A stretch of DNA of 64,000 bases from an uncultured delta proteobacterium (GCA_963785725.1 CAWAWS010000033.1:256001-320000); one strand, 5' to 3'. Positions 19,702-30,099 are shown, counted from the first letter of the stretch. Notes: generated by a model not told the origin, from the sequence alone. Numbers and translations are program-made.

Positions 19702-21120
19702 GTGGACGTCGCTGCCGCAAGTGGATGCTTCGTCGCAACGCTGGCGGCGCTGGCGGGCTGCGCCGAGCTACCGTGGCGCTCGTATCAGGCGGCGCCGCCG
19801 ACCTCCGCGCGCATCTTTCGCGCGGCCGCTGCCGGCGCGCGCGCGGTCGCGCCGGCGCCGCCGCCGACGCTCGACGAGGCGCACGAGTATTCGCTCATCG
19901 AGCTCATCGACGTGGCGCAGCGCGCGAACCCCGAGACGCGACAGGCGTGGGAAGAGGCGCGCGCCGCCGCCGCGCGGCTCGGCCACGCCGAGTCCGTCTA
20001 CCTGCCGGCGCTGACGCTGGTCGTCACCGGCGGCGCGCAGCGGCTCGCCTTCCCATCGCCGGCGGGGGCGTTCACCGCCGGCGGGCCCTACGTCGATCCC
20101 AAGCTGGAGCTGGCCTGGACGCTGCTCGATCTCACCCGCTTCGCCGCCATCGACGAGGCGCACGCGCTCGTCACGCAGGCCAACTTCTCCTTCTCGCGCC
20201 GCCATCAGGAGGTCCTGTTCGCGGTGACGCGCTCGTTCTACGCGCTCGACGCCAGCCGCGCGCGCTTCGAGGCGGCGGAGGCGACGCTGCGCAGCGCGAC
20301 GGTCGTGGAAGAGGCGGCGCAGGCGCGGCTGCAGGTGGGGCTGGCGACGCGGCCCGAGCTGCTCTTGGCGCGCGAGGCGCGGGCGCGGGCGGCGTTCGAC
20401 GTCGAGTCGGCGGCGGGCGCGGTGCGCACCAACCAGGGCCAGCTGGCCGAGAGCGTCGGCGTGGCGCCGTTTCCGCCGCCGCGCACGACGCCGCTGGCGC
20501 AGCAGCCGACGCCCGAGCGGCTGGCCGACCCCATCGAGCAGATCATGGATACGACGCTACGGCAGCGGCCCGACCTGGAAGCGCTCGCCGCCGCCGTGCG
20601 CGCGCGCGAGGCGGCGCTGCGCGGCGCGCGGCGCAGCTATGCCCCGCGGCTGTCCTTGACGGGCAACCTCGGGTATCAGCTGTGGCACTTCGACACGACG
20701 CCGGGGAGCGGGGCGTTCACGCTCGCCGAGACCGAGCTCGACGCGCAGCTGCGGCTCGATTGGGAGCTCTTCGACGGCTTTACGCGGCTCAACGACGTGC
20801 GCGTCGCCAACGCCGAACGCGCGGCGAGCGAGGCGGCGCTGACCGCGGGCGCGTTGCGCGCGCTGCGCGAGGCGTGGACCGCCTACTTCGACGTGCAGAC
20901 GGCCGAGCGGCAGGTCGAGTTCGCGGGCGCGCTGTTGGTCTCGGCCGAGGAAGCGTACGCGGCCACGCTCGAGACCTATCGACAGGGCCTCGGCACGCTG
21001 ATCGACCTCTTGACGGCGGAGCGCGATCTGGCCGACGCCCGCGGCACCGCGATCGAGAGCCGCGCCAAGCTGTTGACGGCGGCGGCCGCGCTCGCCTTCG
21101 CGGTCGGGACGATCCCGTAA
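19702..21120 (+). CDS. TolC-family outer membrane efflux lipoprotein (MdtP-like)
   Basis: LAGC lipobox, LIELIDVAQRANPETR, RPDL, ETYRQGLGTLIDLLTAE. Start uncertain. Confidence 0.85.
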   Translation: MDVAAASGCFVATLAALAGCAELPWRSYQAAPPTSARIFRAAAAGARAVAPAPPPTLDEAHEYSLIELIDVAQRANPETRQAWEEARAAAARLGHAESVYLPALTLVVTGGAQRLAFPSPAGAFTAGGPYVDPKLELAWTLLDLTRFAAIDEAHALVTQANFSFSRRHQEVLFAVTRSFYALDASRARFEAAEATLRSATVVEEAAQARLQVGLATRPELLLAREARARAAFDVESAAGAVRTNQGQLAESVGVAPFPPPRTTPLAQQPTPERLADPIEQIMDTTLRQRPDLEALAAAVRAREAALRGARRSYAPRLSLTGNLGYQLWHFDTTPGSGAFTLAETELDAQLRLDWELFDGFTRLNDVRVANAERAASEAALTAGALRALREAWTAYFDVQTAERQVEFAGALLVSAEEAYAATLETYRQGLGTLIDLLTAERDLADARGTAIESRAKLLTAAAALAFAVGTIP

Positions 21121-21165
21121 GCGCGCGCGCTGGCGGCCGGAACTAGAACATGTTTCACTCGGGGC

Positions 21166-22038
21166 ATGAAATTCAGCATCTCGATCGCGATGAGCGAACC
21201 GTCGGAGTACGTCCCCTTGGCGCGCGCCGCCGAAGCGGCCGGCTATCACGCCGTGGTGCTCCCCGACTCGATCTTCTACTCCGAGCAGGTGTCGGCCGCG
21301 TATCCCTACACGCCCGACGGCTCGCGCATGTGGGACGGCACGACGCCGTGGATCGATCCGCTCGTCGGCGCGGCGGCGATGGCGGCCGCGACCGAACGGC
21401 TCTTCTTCTACACCAGCGTCGTCAAGCTGCCGGTGCGCAACGCGCTGCTCATGGCGCGCCAGATCATGTCGGTGGCGTCGCTCTCGGGCGATCGCTTCGG
21501 CTTCGGCGCCGGCCTCGGCTGGCTGCCCGAGGAGGCGCAGTGGTGCGGCGCGCCGTTCCAAGGCCGCGGTCAGCGCATGGACGAGGCGCTCGCCGTCCTC
21601 CAGCTCCTGTTCACGGGCGAGCTGGTCGAGTATCACGGGGCCCATTTCGACTTCGGCAAGATCCAGATGAGCCCGCGGCCCGCCAAGCCCATCCCGATCT
21701 ACATCGGCGGGCACACCGAGCCGGCGCTGCGCCGGGCCGCGCGCTACGACGGCTGGTCGTCGGCGATGCTGCGGCGCGATCAGCTGATCGAGATCGCGGG
21801 CAAGCTGCGCGCGCTGCGCCGGGAGATTGGCCGCGACGACGCGCCGTTCGAAGTGCAAGCCGTGGCGATGGACGCGTATCGAGCGGACCACTTCCAGAAG
21901 CTCGAGGCGGGCGGCATCACCGACATGATCCTCTTGCCGTGGATGTTCTACGGCACGCCGCTCCGCGGCGGCTCGCTCGCGAGCAAGCTGGACGGCATTC
22001 GCAAATTCGCCGACGAGGTCATGGCCAAGCTGAAGTAG
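21166..22038 (+). CDS. LLM-class (luciferase-like, possibly F420-dependent) oxidoreductase
   Basis: LARAAEAAGY...YPY...DP...SGDRFGFGAGLGW..EE...PIYIGG..EPALRRAAR.DGW. Confidence 0.85.
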   Translation: MKFSISIAMSEPSEYVPLARAAEAAGYHAVVLPDSIFYSEQVSAAYPYTPDGSRMWDGTTPWIDPLVGAAAMAAATERLFFYTSVVKLPVRNALLMARQIMSVASLSGDRFGFGAGLGWLPEEAQWCGAPFQGRGQRMDEALAVLQLLFTGELVEYHGAHFDFGKIQMSPRPAKPIPIYIGGHTEPALRRAARYDGWSSAMLRRDQLIEIAGKLRALRREIGRDDAPFEVQAVAMDAYRADHFQKLEAGGITDMILLPWMFYGTPLRGGSLASKLDGIRKFADEVMAKLK

Positions 22039-22106
22039 CCACGACGTCGCAGCGTTCGGCCGCGGCCGCTCGGTGCGGAACGACTACCGCCGTCGACGCC
22101 GGGCGC

Positions 22107-22502
22107 TCACGGCCGGGCGCCCGCTTCGGCCTTCTCGGTCCAACGGGAGCGCCAGTCGGGCGCGGGGAACGGCGCACCGAAGTACTGCGTCTCGTGCGCG
22201 ACCTTGCCGTCGCTGAACTCCATGATGCTGATCGTATAGTAGGGACTGTCGTCGTAGGCGATCACGTACTCCGTCACCCACAGGTCGCCGCGGCCGGAGA
22301 TGCGGTGAATGTCGAAGCGGCGCCGGGCCGGATGCTCGGCGCGCGAGGCTCTGATGTTGGCGCGGCCGTGAATGCGCTCGCCCGATTGCGGATAGTCGAG
22401 CACCACGTCGTCGCGATAGATGTCGTGCTCGGTCTCGTAGTCGCCCGCTTGCGACGCGGCCCAATGCCGATTCAGCGCCGCCCGAATCTCCTGCTCGCCC
22501 AT
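22107..22502 (-). CDS. SnoaL/NTF2-like protein
   Basis: EHDIYRDDVVLDYPQSGERIHGRANI...GKVAHETQYF..PF.AP.WR. Confidence 0.85.
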   Translation of the reverse strand: MGEQEIRAALNRHWAASQAGDYETEHDIYRDDVVLDYPQSGERIHGRANIRASRAEHPARRRFDIHRISGRGDLWVTEYVIAYDDSPYYTISIMEFSDGKVAHETQYFGAPFPAPDWRSRWTEKAEAGARP

Positions 22503-22595
22503 CCGTCGCCTCCCGAGTTGCAGCCCAAGGTGTCCGTCGAACAATGATGCGTCGCGGAGCGCCGTCGCCAAGATCGGCTACCGTGACGGCTGGAA

Positions 22596-23552
22596 TCAAC
22601 GCGCGTCGAGCGGGCGCTCTGCCACTGTGCGGTCGAGACCGCCGACGCGCCATCCCTTAGACGTCTTCTGGAGCAGCAGAATCAGCTCTTTGCCCGCGAC
22701 GTGGCCAATCGCATAGCGCCGCACCGACCGGGCGCTTCTGGACGGAAGCACGCCGCGCGCCTCGTCCATCGCGTCCGGCGTCAGCACGCGTAGCTCGGTG
22801 ACCGCGCGCGCACCGGTCGTCCCGGCGATCATGTCCTGATAGAGCTTCTTGAGCGCCGCGGCGTCGCGCGCGACGACCTCGCCGTCGGCGACGAACGGGA
22901 CGCCGCTCCAGCCGGCGAGCCACGGCACATCGCCGCGCGCGTAGGCCGCGAACCAGCCCTCGGCCGCCAGCTGGGCCCCGCCGGTGTCGTCGAGCTGCGC
23001 GGGCGGCTTCGCCGGCGCACCGCTGGCGTCGTGCGCGCTCGTGTCGGCGACGATGGTGTAGATGTGCGGCTCGGCGCCGAGGGTTCCGCACCCGCGCGCG
23101 TCGCGATGAAACTGCCAATCGAGGTACACCTTGCCGTCGGTGCTCTCGATCGGCGGCGGCGGCGGCGGAAATGGCGCGGCCGCCTGCACGCTCGCGATCG
23201 CCGCGGCGTCGAAGGCCGGCACGCCCGACGGACGCGCGCTCGTGATCCGCGCGACGCTGCCGTCATGGTCGATGACGATCGCGAGCATGGTCCACAAAGT
23301 CTGGTCGCTGTAGCTCGGGTCCTTGCGCGCGTCGATACCCGCGAGAAACCCGAGCGTGAACAGGGGGTGAATCTTCCGGTGCATCGCCACGAGGTAATCC
23401 GCCAGAGGCCGAGCCCGCTCACCGAACGGTTGCGGCGTCGGCGCCGGGTCCTCCGCGCGGCTGACGCGCGGCCCGCTCGACAACGCGAGCGCGACGAGCG
23501 CGACCGCCGTCTTCACGATGAGCGATCGCCGGCCGTTTCTGTCACGACGCAC
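22596..23552 (-). CDS. Secreted TonB C-terminal-domain protein
   Basis: Signal peptide; YLVAMHRKIH...SGVPAFDAAAIASVQAAAPFPPPP..I.S.DG.VY..W.F. Confidence 0.7.
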   Translation of the reverse strand: MRRDRNGRRSLIVKTAVALVALALSSGPRVSRAEDPAPTPQPFGERARPLADYLVAMHRKIHPLFTLGFLAGIDARKDPSYSDQTLWTMLAIVIDHDGSVARITSARPSGVPAFDAAAIASVQAAAPFPPPPPPIESTDGKVYLDWQFHRDARGCGTLGAEPHIYTIVADTSAHDASGAPAKPPAQLDDTGGAQLAAEGWFAAYARGDVPWLAGWSGVPFVADGEVVARDAAALKKLYQDMIAGTTGARAVTELRVLTPDAMDEARGVLPSRSARSVRRYAIGHVAGKELILLLQKTSKGWRVGGLDRTVAERPLDAR

Positions 23553-23694
23553 CGGCGGACTCTACCCAAAGCGACGCCGGCTGTCGCGCCCGCATGCCGG
23601 CGCCGACGCTCGCAATCGCGCCGTGAACGACCTAAGATCGCCGCGACTTCAGCCTTCCGATTGCAGCGAGCCCGTCTTTCGAAGAGAGGAACCC

Positions 23695-24291
23695 ATGCGA
23701 GCCGACATCGTTCCCGGCGCCGTCTTTCCCGACTACGAGCTGCCCGATCAGACCGGCAAGCATCACAAGCTCTCCGAGCTGCAGCGCGGCAACCCCATGC
23801 TGTTGATCCTGTCGCGCGGCGGATTTTGCCCCAAAGATCGACGGCAGCACGAGGGGCTGCTGGCGCTGCACCGCGAGCTCGAGGTCGGCTACTGCGAGCT
23901 CGTCACCATCAGCACCGACAATCTGCTCGAGACCAATGAGTTTCGCAGCGGCGTCGCCGCGCATTGGCCCTTTCTCTCCGATCCGGCCCGCAAGATACAG
24001 AAGGATCTCGACATCGCCGAATACACGGATCCCACGCATAACCCGATGATTCCGCATACGCTGGTGCTCGAGCCGGGGCTCGTCGTCTTCAAAATCTACG
24101 TCGGCTATTGGTTCTTCGGCCGGCCGACGACCGAGGAGCTGCGGCTCGATCTGCGCGCCGTGCTGCAGCGCTGTCGGCCCGATTGGGACATCACGCGGCC
24201 CGAGCTGCGCGCCGCCTGGCAGCGCGGCGAGCGGGCGCAGTTCTATCCCTACGGCAAGAGCTTGGCGAAGGTGCTCTCGGACCAGAGCTGA
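23695..24291 (+). CDS. Redoxin/peroxiredoxin-like protein
   Basis: FPDYELPDQTG...LSRGGFCPKD...WPFLSDP...YWFFGRP. Confidence 0.8.
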   Translation: MRADIVPGAVFPDYELPDQTGKHHKLSELQRGNPMLLILSRGGFCPKDRRQHEGLLALHRELEVGYCELVTISTDNLLETNEFRSGVAAHWPFLSDPARKIQKDLDIAEYTDPTHNPMIPHTLVLEPGLVVFKIYVGYWFFGRPTTEELRLDLRAVLQRCRPDWDITRPELRAAWQRGERAQFYPYGKSLAKVLSDQS

Positions 24292-24307
24292 GCGCGACCG
24301 TGGCCGC

Positions 24308-25792
24308 TCAGGCCGGCACCCGCTTGGGCAGCTCCACCACGAACGTAGAGCCGGCGCCGGGCTGGCTCGCGACCCGCATCGCGCCGCCGTGCGCCTGCAC
24401 GATCTGCCGCGACACCCACAGCCCGAGGCCCAAGCCGCTGTAGTGCTTGGCGTCGACGGCGCGCTCGAAGCGTCCGAAGATGCGCTCGAGATGCTCGGAC
24501 GGAATGCCGATGCCGTGATCGCGCGCTTCGATCCGCACCGACTCGCCGTCGACGAGCGTGACCTCGATGGGCTTGCCGGCGCCGTATTTGATGGCATTCG
24601 TCAACAGGTTCGTGAGCACCTGATCGATGCGACCGCGATCCCAGGTGACGACGATCGGTCCCGCCGCCGTAATCGACACGCTGCAGCCGGCGCGGTCGAG
24701 CTCGACTTGCAGCGACTTGACGACCTCGCGGGTCAGCTCGACGACGTCGACCTCGCTCAGCTCGAGACGCAGCCGCCCGGATTCGATGTTGGAGACGTCG
24801 AGCAGCATCGTCACCAGGCGCTCGAGGCGATCGACTTGGCCGTCGAGCGTGTCGAGCTTGGGCGCCAGCCGCTCAACCGTGATCGCGCCCTTGCGCAGCG
24901 CGCGCACGATGCCGTCGGCTTGCAGTCGCAGCGTGCTCAGCGGCGTGCGCAGCTCGTGCGAGGCGATGGCCAAGAACTCGTCGCGCACGCGCACCGCCTG
25001 CTCGAGCTCGCGCTCGATGCGCAGCTGGTCTTCGATGTCGGTGTTGGTGCCGAACCAGCGCGTGACCTTGCCGTCGGCGTCGACGATGGGATGCACGCGC
25101 GTCAAGTGCGCGCGAAAGGTGCCGTCGGCGCGGCGCAGCGGAAAGATCATCTCGAACGGCTGCCCGGTCCGAATCGAGGTCTCCCAGCGCTCCGTGACCT
25201 CCGGCAGCGATGCCGGATCGTGCACCGACTTCCAGCCCCAGCCGTTCATCTGCTCGGCGGTGGTGCCGGTGTATTCGAACCAGCGGCGATTGAAGAAGTC
25301 GAGCCAGCCGTCGACGCGCGCCGTCCAAGCCAGCGTGGGAATGCTATCGACGATGAGCCGCGCGTTGCGCTCGCTCGCTTCCAGATCGGCGCGACTCTTG
25401 GAGCGCTCCGCTTGGAAGAGCGCCGAGAGCTGCATGACGCGCGGCACGAGCGGAAAGAGCAAGACCGCGGTCACGACCGAAGCGAACGCGGTGATCGCGC
25501 GAATGGCGCCGTCGAGCCAATAGGTCGGCGTCCACACGGTGAGGATATCCATGAAGTGCGTAATGCCGCAGGAGACGATGAAGATACCGAACGCGATGTA
25601 GACCCATTCGAACGGCAGCGAGCTCTTCATGCGCCGCGTGAGATAGAGCAGCGTCGCCGAGATGCTGACGTAAGCGACGCCGATAAAGAGATTGGAGAGG
25701 ACCTGCAGCCAAACGAGACCTGGTTTCCACAAATAACAGTGGCCGTGCGGCATGAAGTCCGACGAGAACAGCTGATTCAGGAGCTCTCTCAT
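24308..25792 (-). CDS. Sensor histidine kinase with ethylene-receptor-like membrane domain and PAS domain
   Basis: MPHGHCYLW...SNLFIGVAYVSI...FGIFIVSCGITH; PAS (VHDP...WFGTNTDI); ASHELRTPL; NLLTNAIKY; DHGIGI; GLGLGL. Confidence 0.9.
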   Translation of the reverse strand: MRELLNQLFSSDFMPHGHCYLWKPGLVWLQVLSNLFIGVAYVSISATLLYLTRRMKSSLPFEWVYIAFGIFIVSCGITHFMDILTVWTPTYWLDGAIRAITAFASVVTAVLLFPLVPRVMQLSALFQAERSKSRADLEASERNARLIVDSIPTLAWTARVDGWLDFFNRRWFEYTGTTAEQMNGWGWKSVHDPASLPEVTERWETSIRTGQPFEMIFPLRRADGTFRAHLTRVHPIVDADGKVTRWFGTNTDIEDQLRIERELEQAVRVRDEFLAIASHELRTPLSTLRLQADGIVRALRKGAITVERLAPKLDTLDGQVDRLERLVTMLLDVSNIESGRLRLELSEVDVVELTREVVKSLQVELDRAGCSVSITAAGPIVVTWDRGRIDQVLTNLLTNAIKYGAGKPIEVTLVDGESVRIEARDHGIGIPSEHLERIFGRFERAVDAKHYSGLGLGLWVSRQIVQAHGGAMRVASQPGAGSTFVVELPKRVPA

Positions 25793-26038
25793 GGCTGCAA
25801 ACCAGTGCCGGATGGCGACAGCGTGCGTTGGTTTTGGCTGCTCGCGACGAGGTCGGCGCGCCGCGGCGTTCCTCGCGATCGTGGCATCACGAGCATAGTC
25901 CGCCGTCGATGATAGTGTGCGGCCGCGAAATTTGCACCGGCTTTAGGCGGTGAGCGCGGTGTCGTCGCCGCGCAGCTTCTTTACGCGCCACCTAGGCGTC
26001 GTATCAACATGTTTACATACGAGGCGCGCCGATCACCG

Positions 26039-26281
26039 TTAGTCGCCGGCGCCCGCCTGCCGTTTGCGTTCGCGCAGCATGAACAGATAGAGCCCTTCGA
26101 CTTTGGCGCGCGCCCACGGCGTGCGGCGGAGGAACTTGAGGCTCGACGCGATGCTGGGATCGCTGTTGAAGCAGCCGATGTCGATGCGCTGCCCGAGATC
26201 GGACCAGCCGAAATAGGCGACGAGCTCGGTGAGGATGGCCTCGAGGGTGAGGCCGTGCAGTGGATCGCGGGGCGGGCCCAT
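26039..26281 (-). CDS. VF530/DUF2132-family small DNA-binding protein
   Basis: DPLHGLTLEAILTELV..FGW..L...CF..DPSIASSLKFLRRTPWAR.KVE.LYL. Confidence 0.9.
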   Translation of the reverse strand: MGPPRDPLHGLTLEAILTELVAYFGWSDLGQRIDIGCFNSDPSIASSLKFLRRTPWARAKVEGLYLFMLRERKRQAGAGD

Positions 26282-26348
26282 GCGACATCATAGCCCGCCC
26301 GGCGTTGGCGCGTCATGGGGCCGGCCGCCGCCGCGCGAGCGCGCTCGC

Positions 26349-26807
26349 TCAGAAGCGGACGGTGAGCGACGCGCCGGCGCCGCTCGACGACGCGTTGAGG
26401 CTGAGGGCGCCGAGCGTCTGCGCCTCCTTCAAGCGGTGCCCCGCCCTGCCCCACAGCGCCAGCCCCGTCGACATGACGGCACTGCCCACGACCGTGCCGG
26501 CGATGCCGCCGTACATGAGGCCGTTGGCGAGCGGGCCGCCCGCCGCGCCGCCATCGTGAGGATCGAAGTTGACGCCGCCTTCGACGATGCCCATCGCCAG
26601 AAGCGGCTGGCTCACCAATGTCAAGACGAGGCCGCTGACGAAGAGCGCGATCCCGGTCACGCGCGCTGACTGCGCGTGCAGCACGTCGGGGCTGGGTTGC
26701 GGACGCTGCGTGAAGTCGACGGCGACCGGCAGCTCGTCGGCGTGGGCGGCGTGGGCGGCGCCGAGCAGCGTCGCGAGCACCATGAACGAGACCAAGGAGG
26801 AGCGCAT
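26349..26807 (-). CDS. Hypothetical secreted/membrane protein
   Basis: Signal peptide, two hydrophobic Gly-rich segments, C-terminal LTVRF. Confidence 0.6.
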   Translation of the reverse strand: MRSSLVSFMVLATLLGAAHAAHADELPVAVDFTQRPQPSPDVLHAQSARVTGIALFVSGLVLTLVSQPLLAMGIVEGGVNFDPHDGGAAGGPLANGLMYGGIAGTVVGSAVMSTGLALWGRAGHRLKEAQTLGALSLNASSSGAGASLTVRF

Positions 26808-26945
26808 GCGCGGCGAGATTGCAGGCTGCGTGCCGCCGTCGAAGTGCGCGGAAGCGTGTCGTCGTGTCCACTTTCCGACGGGCCGCGCGGCGGATTACGA
26901 CGACGCTTCATCAGCGACTTGGCGCACATGAAGACTCCGCGATCG

Positions 26946-27482
26946 CTATTTCGCCGCGCTCTTTTGATAGACGCCCGTCAACAGGCCACGCGCCAGCACG
27001 TGCCCGCTCATCGCCCGCGAGACCGCCGCCGAGCTGACCCCGTTCGGCAGCGCGATCGTCTTATCGAGCGCCAGCACTTGGAAGCGGTAGCGATGCTGGC
27101 CGCTCGGCGGGCAGATGGGCGCGAAGCCGACGCCGCCGCTGCTGTTGCGCGCCACCGTGCCCTCGGTGCCCGCCGGCGAAGCGCCCAGGCTCGGCAACGA
27201 CGGCTCCGACGGCGGCAGGTCGAACAGCGCGAGGTGCTCGAACGTGCCGCCCGGCGCATCGGGATCGTCGACGATGACGGCGATGCTCTGAGCGTCCGGC
27301 GGCACGGCCGACCAAAAGATCGGCGGTGAAACGCCGCTGCCCTGGCAGGTGTACTGGCTCGGAATCGCGGCGCCATCGGCAAACGCGGTCGACGTCACGT
27401 TGAGCGAGCCCCCGTCGGCCGCGTCGGCGCGCGCCGCCCACGACAGAACGACCGCCGCCAATGCATAGAGTAGCCATCTCAT
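26946..27482 (-). CDS. YbhB/YbcL (PEBP/RKIP-like) protein, secreted
   Basis: STAFADGAAIP..YTC.G...SPP...DDPDAP.GTF.H...CPPSG.HRY.F...ALD. Confidence 0.92.
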   Translation of the reverse strand: MRWLLYALAAVVLSWAARADAADGGSLNVTSTAFADGAAIPSQYTCQGSGVSPPIFWSAVPPDAQSIAVIVDDPDAPGGTFEHLALFDLPPSEPSLPSLGASPAGTEGTVARNSSGGVGFAPICPPSGQHRYRFQVLALDKTIALPNGVSSAAVSRAMSGHVLARGLLTGVYQKSAAK

Positions 27483-27733
27483 TTCCGACCTCCTTACGTC
27501 TCGTAAGGCAGTCTGCGTCGCTGGCGATGCGTGTCCATCGGCCCGTGCCGAATGTCATGTCGATCGCCTCGCTTCGGTGACGAGCGGCAGCGCCGGCGCG
27601 CGGTCAGTTACGGCGGCCAAGGCAACCTCACCTGCAGCGCCGGCAAGTGCCGCTTCATCGACATTCCGATGCCGCCCAACTTCGCAGTCGCAGTCATCGC
27701 ATGATTCGACCGCAATGAGGGCGAAGCGTGCGC

Positions 27734-29851
27734 TTACTTCAGCTGCTCGATGGTCTCGGCGATCGTCGTGCCGAAGCAGGCCACGGCCGGCGACGGATGG
27801 TGCTGCTGCGCCAAGCGCAGGCGATCGAGCTTGATCAACGCGCCGCGCGCCCGCAGATAATGCTGGCGCCGAATCGTCTCGACCGCGGCCTTCTTCTGCG
27901 CGCACGTCTTGCCGATATCGAGCATCCGCAGCGCGGCCATCGCCAGCTCCGGCCGATCGGCGCCCGACACCGCCTCGATCAGCCGCGCCGTGTTCTCGAT
28001 CCGGCCCGGCTCGGCGGCGGCGCGAATGCAAGCGAGCAGCAACGGCGGCGTTTGCTCGACGCCGAACTGGTCGCGTAGGAACTGCTGCGCGCCGGCTTGG
28101 TCGGTCGTATCGAACACTTCGCAGGCGCTCTTGCGAAACGCCGCGTCGCTCTTGAGCCCGGGCATGACCGCGAACGCGCTGTCCCACTCGCGGATGGCGT
28201 CGCGTCGATAGTGAAACGGCTCGGCGTAGAGATCGCCCAAGCGCAGGTGCGCCCAGCCGTCGCTCTTCTCGATGGCGAGGCGATCGCGCAGCTGGCTCTT
28301 GGCCGCGTTGACCTTGCCCTCGCTGATGAGCTGATCGATCTGCTGCCGCCAGTCGCGCGCATCCGACGCGATCGGCGCGCGCTTGGCGCCGCGCGCGGCC
28401 GGCGCCGCTGGTGGAACGGTCGGTGGCGGCAACGCCGGCGCGGCGCGTGCCGTCGGCGCGGCCGGCTCCGGCGGATCGGGCAGCTCGGCCGCCTTATTGT
28501 CGGCCGCCTCCGCCGCCTCAGGCTGCGGCGACGGCGCCGCCTTCGCGACCGCCGGCGCCGACGTCGTCACCGGCGCGGACGTCGCGGTAGTCGGCGCCGG
28601 CTCCGACGCGGCGCGCGCGGGCTCGGTCGCGGCGCGCGCAGGCTCGGTCGCCGCTCGCGCCGGCTCGGTCGCCGCCGGCACAGACGTCGTCGCAGCAGGC
28701 GCAGGCGCGGGCGGCGCGGGCGGCGTCGCGACCGGCCTGCGCACGGCCGGCGGACGCGCCGCGGGCAGGCTCGCGTGTGCGCCGGCCGACGGCGGCGCCG
28801 CCGGACCCGCCCACCGCTCGTACGCGCCCAGCGCCTGCGTCCGCAGCCGCAGATAATGGACGCGCGCCCACAACGCACCCGTCGCGCCCAGCGCGATGCA
28901 GGCCGCCGCCGCGATGGTCATGAGCCGCCAGCGCCAACGCCGCGACCCGCGATCGCGCACGACCGTCGGCGTCAGCGTCTCCTGCCCTTCCTGCGTATCG
29001 TCGAGCGCCGTCAGAAACTCGGTCGCGCTCTGGAAGCGATCGGCGGGCCGCTTCTCGAGCGCACGCAAGATCACGCGCTCGAGCCCCTCGCTGATGCGCT
29101 TGCCGGGCGCGGCGCGGCGCGGCGGCGGCGGCGCGTCGTCGACCTGCATGCGCAAGAGCGCCGTCGTATCGCTGGCGACGAACGGCCGCTTGCCGGTGCA
29201 CAACACATAGAGCACGACGCCCGCCGAGTAGACGTCGCTGCGCTGATCGGTCTTCTTGCCCTCGGCCTGCTCGGGCGACATGTAGCTCGGCGTGCCCGCG
29301 ACCATGCCGTCGGTCAGCGACAGCTCCTCGTTGACGCCGCTGATGCGCGCCAGCCCGAAGTCGAGCAGCTTGACCAGGTTCTCGGTGCCCGTCATTTCGA
29401 CGAGCATGATGTTGCTCAGCTTCAGGTCGCGATGGATGACGCCGCGCGAGTGCGCGTGCTGCAAGCCGAGCAGCACCTGACGCAAGAGCGCCACCGCGCG
29501 ATTCGGCATCAGCGTCGCCGGGTCGAGCTCGGTCAGCTGCCGCCCTTGCACGAACTCCATGACGATGTACGGCTGCCGTCGATAGACCCCGAAATCGAGG
29601 ATCGAGATGCAGTGGACGTGATGCAGCCGGCTGATGGCCTTCGCCTCGCGCTCGAACCGCGCCACCGCCGCCTTCGACTCCGCCACCGATTGATGCAGGA
29701 ACTTGAGCGCGACCTGCTTGCCGAGCCCGATGCGCTCGGCGCGATAGACGATGCCCATCCCGCCCGCGCCCAGCTGATCGATCACCTGCCAGCGCCGATC
29801 GATGACCGCGCCGATCAGCGGATCTCCCTTTTTGCTCGACTTCTTGGCCAT
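27734..29851 (-). CDS. Membrane Ser/Thr protein kinase (Hanks type)
   Basis: LGAGGMG, VALK, HRDLKLSN, DFGLA, GTPSYMSPEQ; TM helix, Pro/Ala linker, helical C-terminal domain. Confidence 0.93.
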   Translation of the reverse strand: MAKKSSKKGDPLIGAVIDRRWQVIDQLGAGGMGIVYRAERIGLGKQVALKFLHQSVAESKAAVARFEREAKAISRLHHVHCISILDFGVYRRQPYIVMEFVQGRQLTELDPATLMPNRAVALLRQVLLGLQHAHSRGVIHRDLKLSNIMLVEMTGTENLVKLLDFGLARISGVNEELSLTDGMVAGTPSYMSPEQAEGKKTDQRSDVYSAGVVLYVLCTGKRPFVASDTTALLRMQVDDAPPPPRRAAPGKRISEGLERVILRALEKRPADRFQSATEFLTALDDTQEGQETLTPTVVRDRGSRRWRWRLMTIAAAACIALGATGALWARVHYLRLRTQALGAYERWAGPAAPPSAGAHASLPAARPPAVRRPVATPPAPPAPAPAATTSVPAATEPARAATEPARAATEPARAASEPAPTTATSAPVTTSAPAVAKAAPSPQPEAAEAADNKAAELPDPPEPAAPTARAAPALPPPTVPPAAPAARGAKRAPIASDARDWRQQIDQLISEGKVNAAKSQLRDRLAIEKSDGWAHLRLGDLYAEPFHYRRDAIREWDSAFAVMPGLKSDAAFRKSACEVFDTTDQAGAQQFLRDQFGVEQTPPLLLACIRAAAEPGRIENTARLIEAVSGADRPELAMAALRMLDIGKTCAQKKAAVETIRRQHYLRARGALIKLDRLRLAQQHHPSPAVACFGTTIAETIEQLK
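28597..28673 (-). repeat. Imperfect 21-nt tandem repeat encoding (ATEPARA)x3 plus ASEP
   Basis: GGCTCGGTCGC recurs every 21 nt within the kinase linker. Confidence 0.75.
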
Positions 29852-30099
29852 CTTGAACGTTCGGAGTATAGCAGCGATGCTGCGGTCGCTCGGCCAATCG
29901 CATTGCCACGCTGAGACCGCCCGTCTATAGTTCTGGTACCTCGCCACAGTGATTTTGATGGGTCCCCGGCGAGGATTCGGCGTTCAGGGCGAGGCGCGAC
30001 GACGAAGGAATACTGTCTGTATTTCGAGGAGCAGCAACGAAGCCATGGACGTCGATGACCGGCGCGGACCGGTCGAAATCACGGTGGTGAGGTACTAGG

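Noticed and set aside
23695..24291. Possible selenoprotein redoxin, which would have paired with the Sec-like features of the tRNA
   Set aside because: The active-site codon is TGC (Cys), there is no in-frame TGA, and the tRNA anticodon is GCA rather than TCA.
28597..28673. Tandem repeats as a CRISPR array or mobile repeat
   Set aside because: They are in-frame 21-nt coding repeats without spacers, and there are no cas genes in the window.
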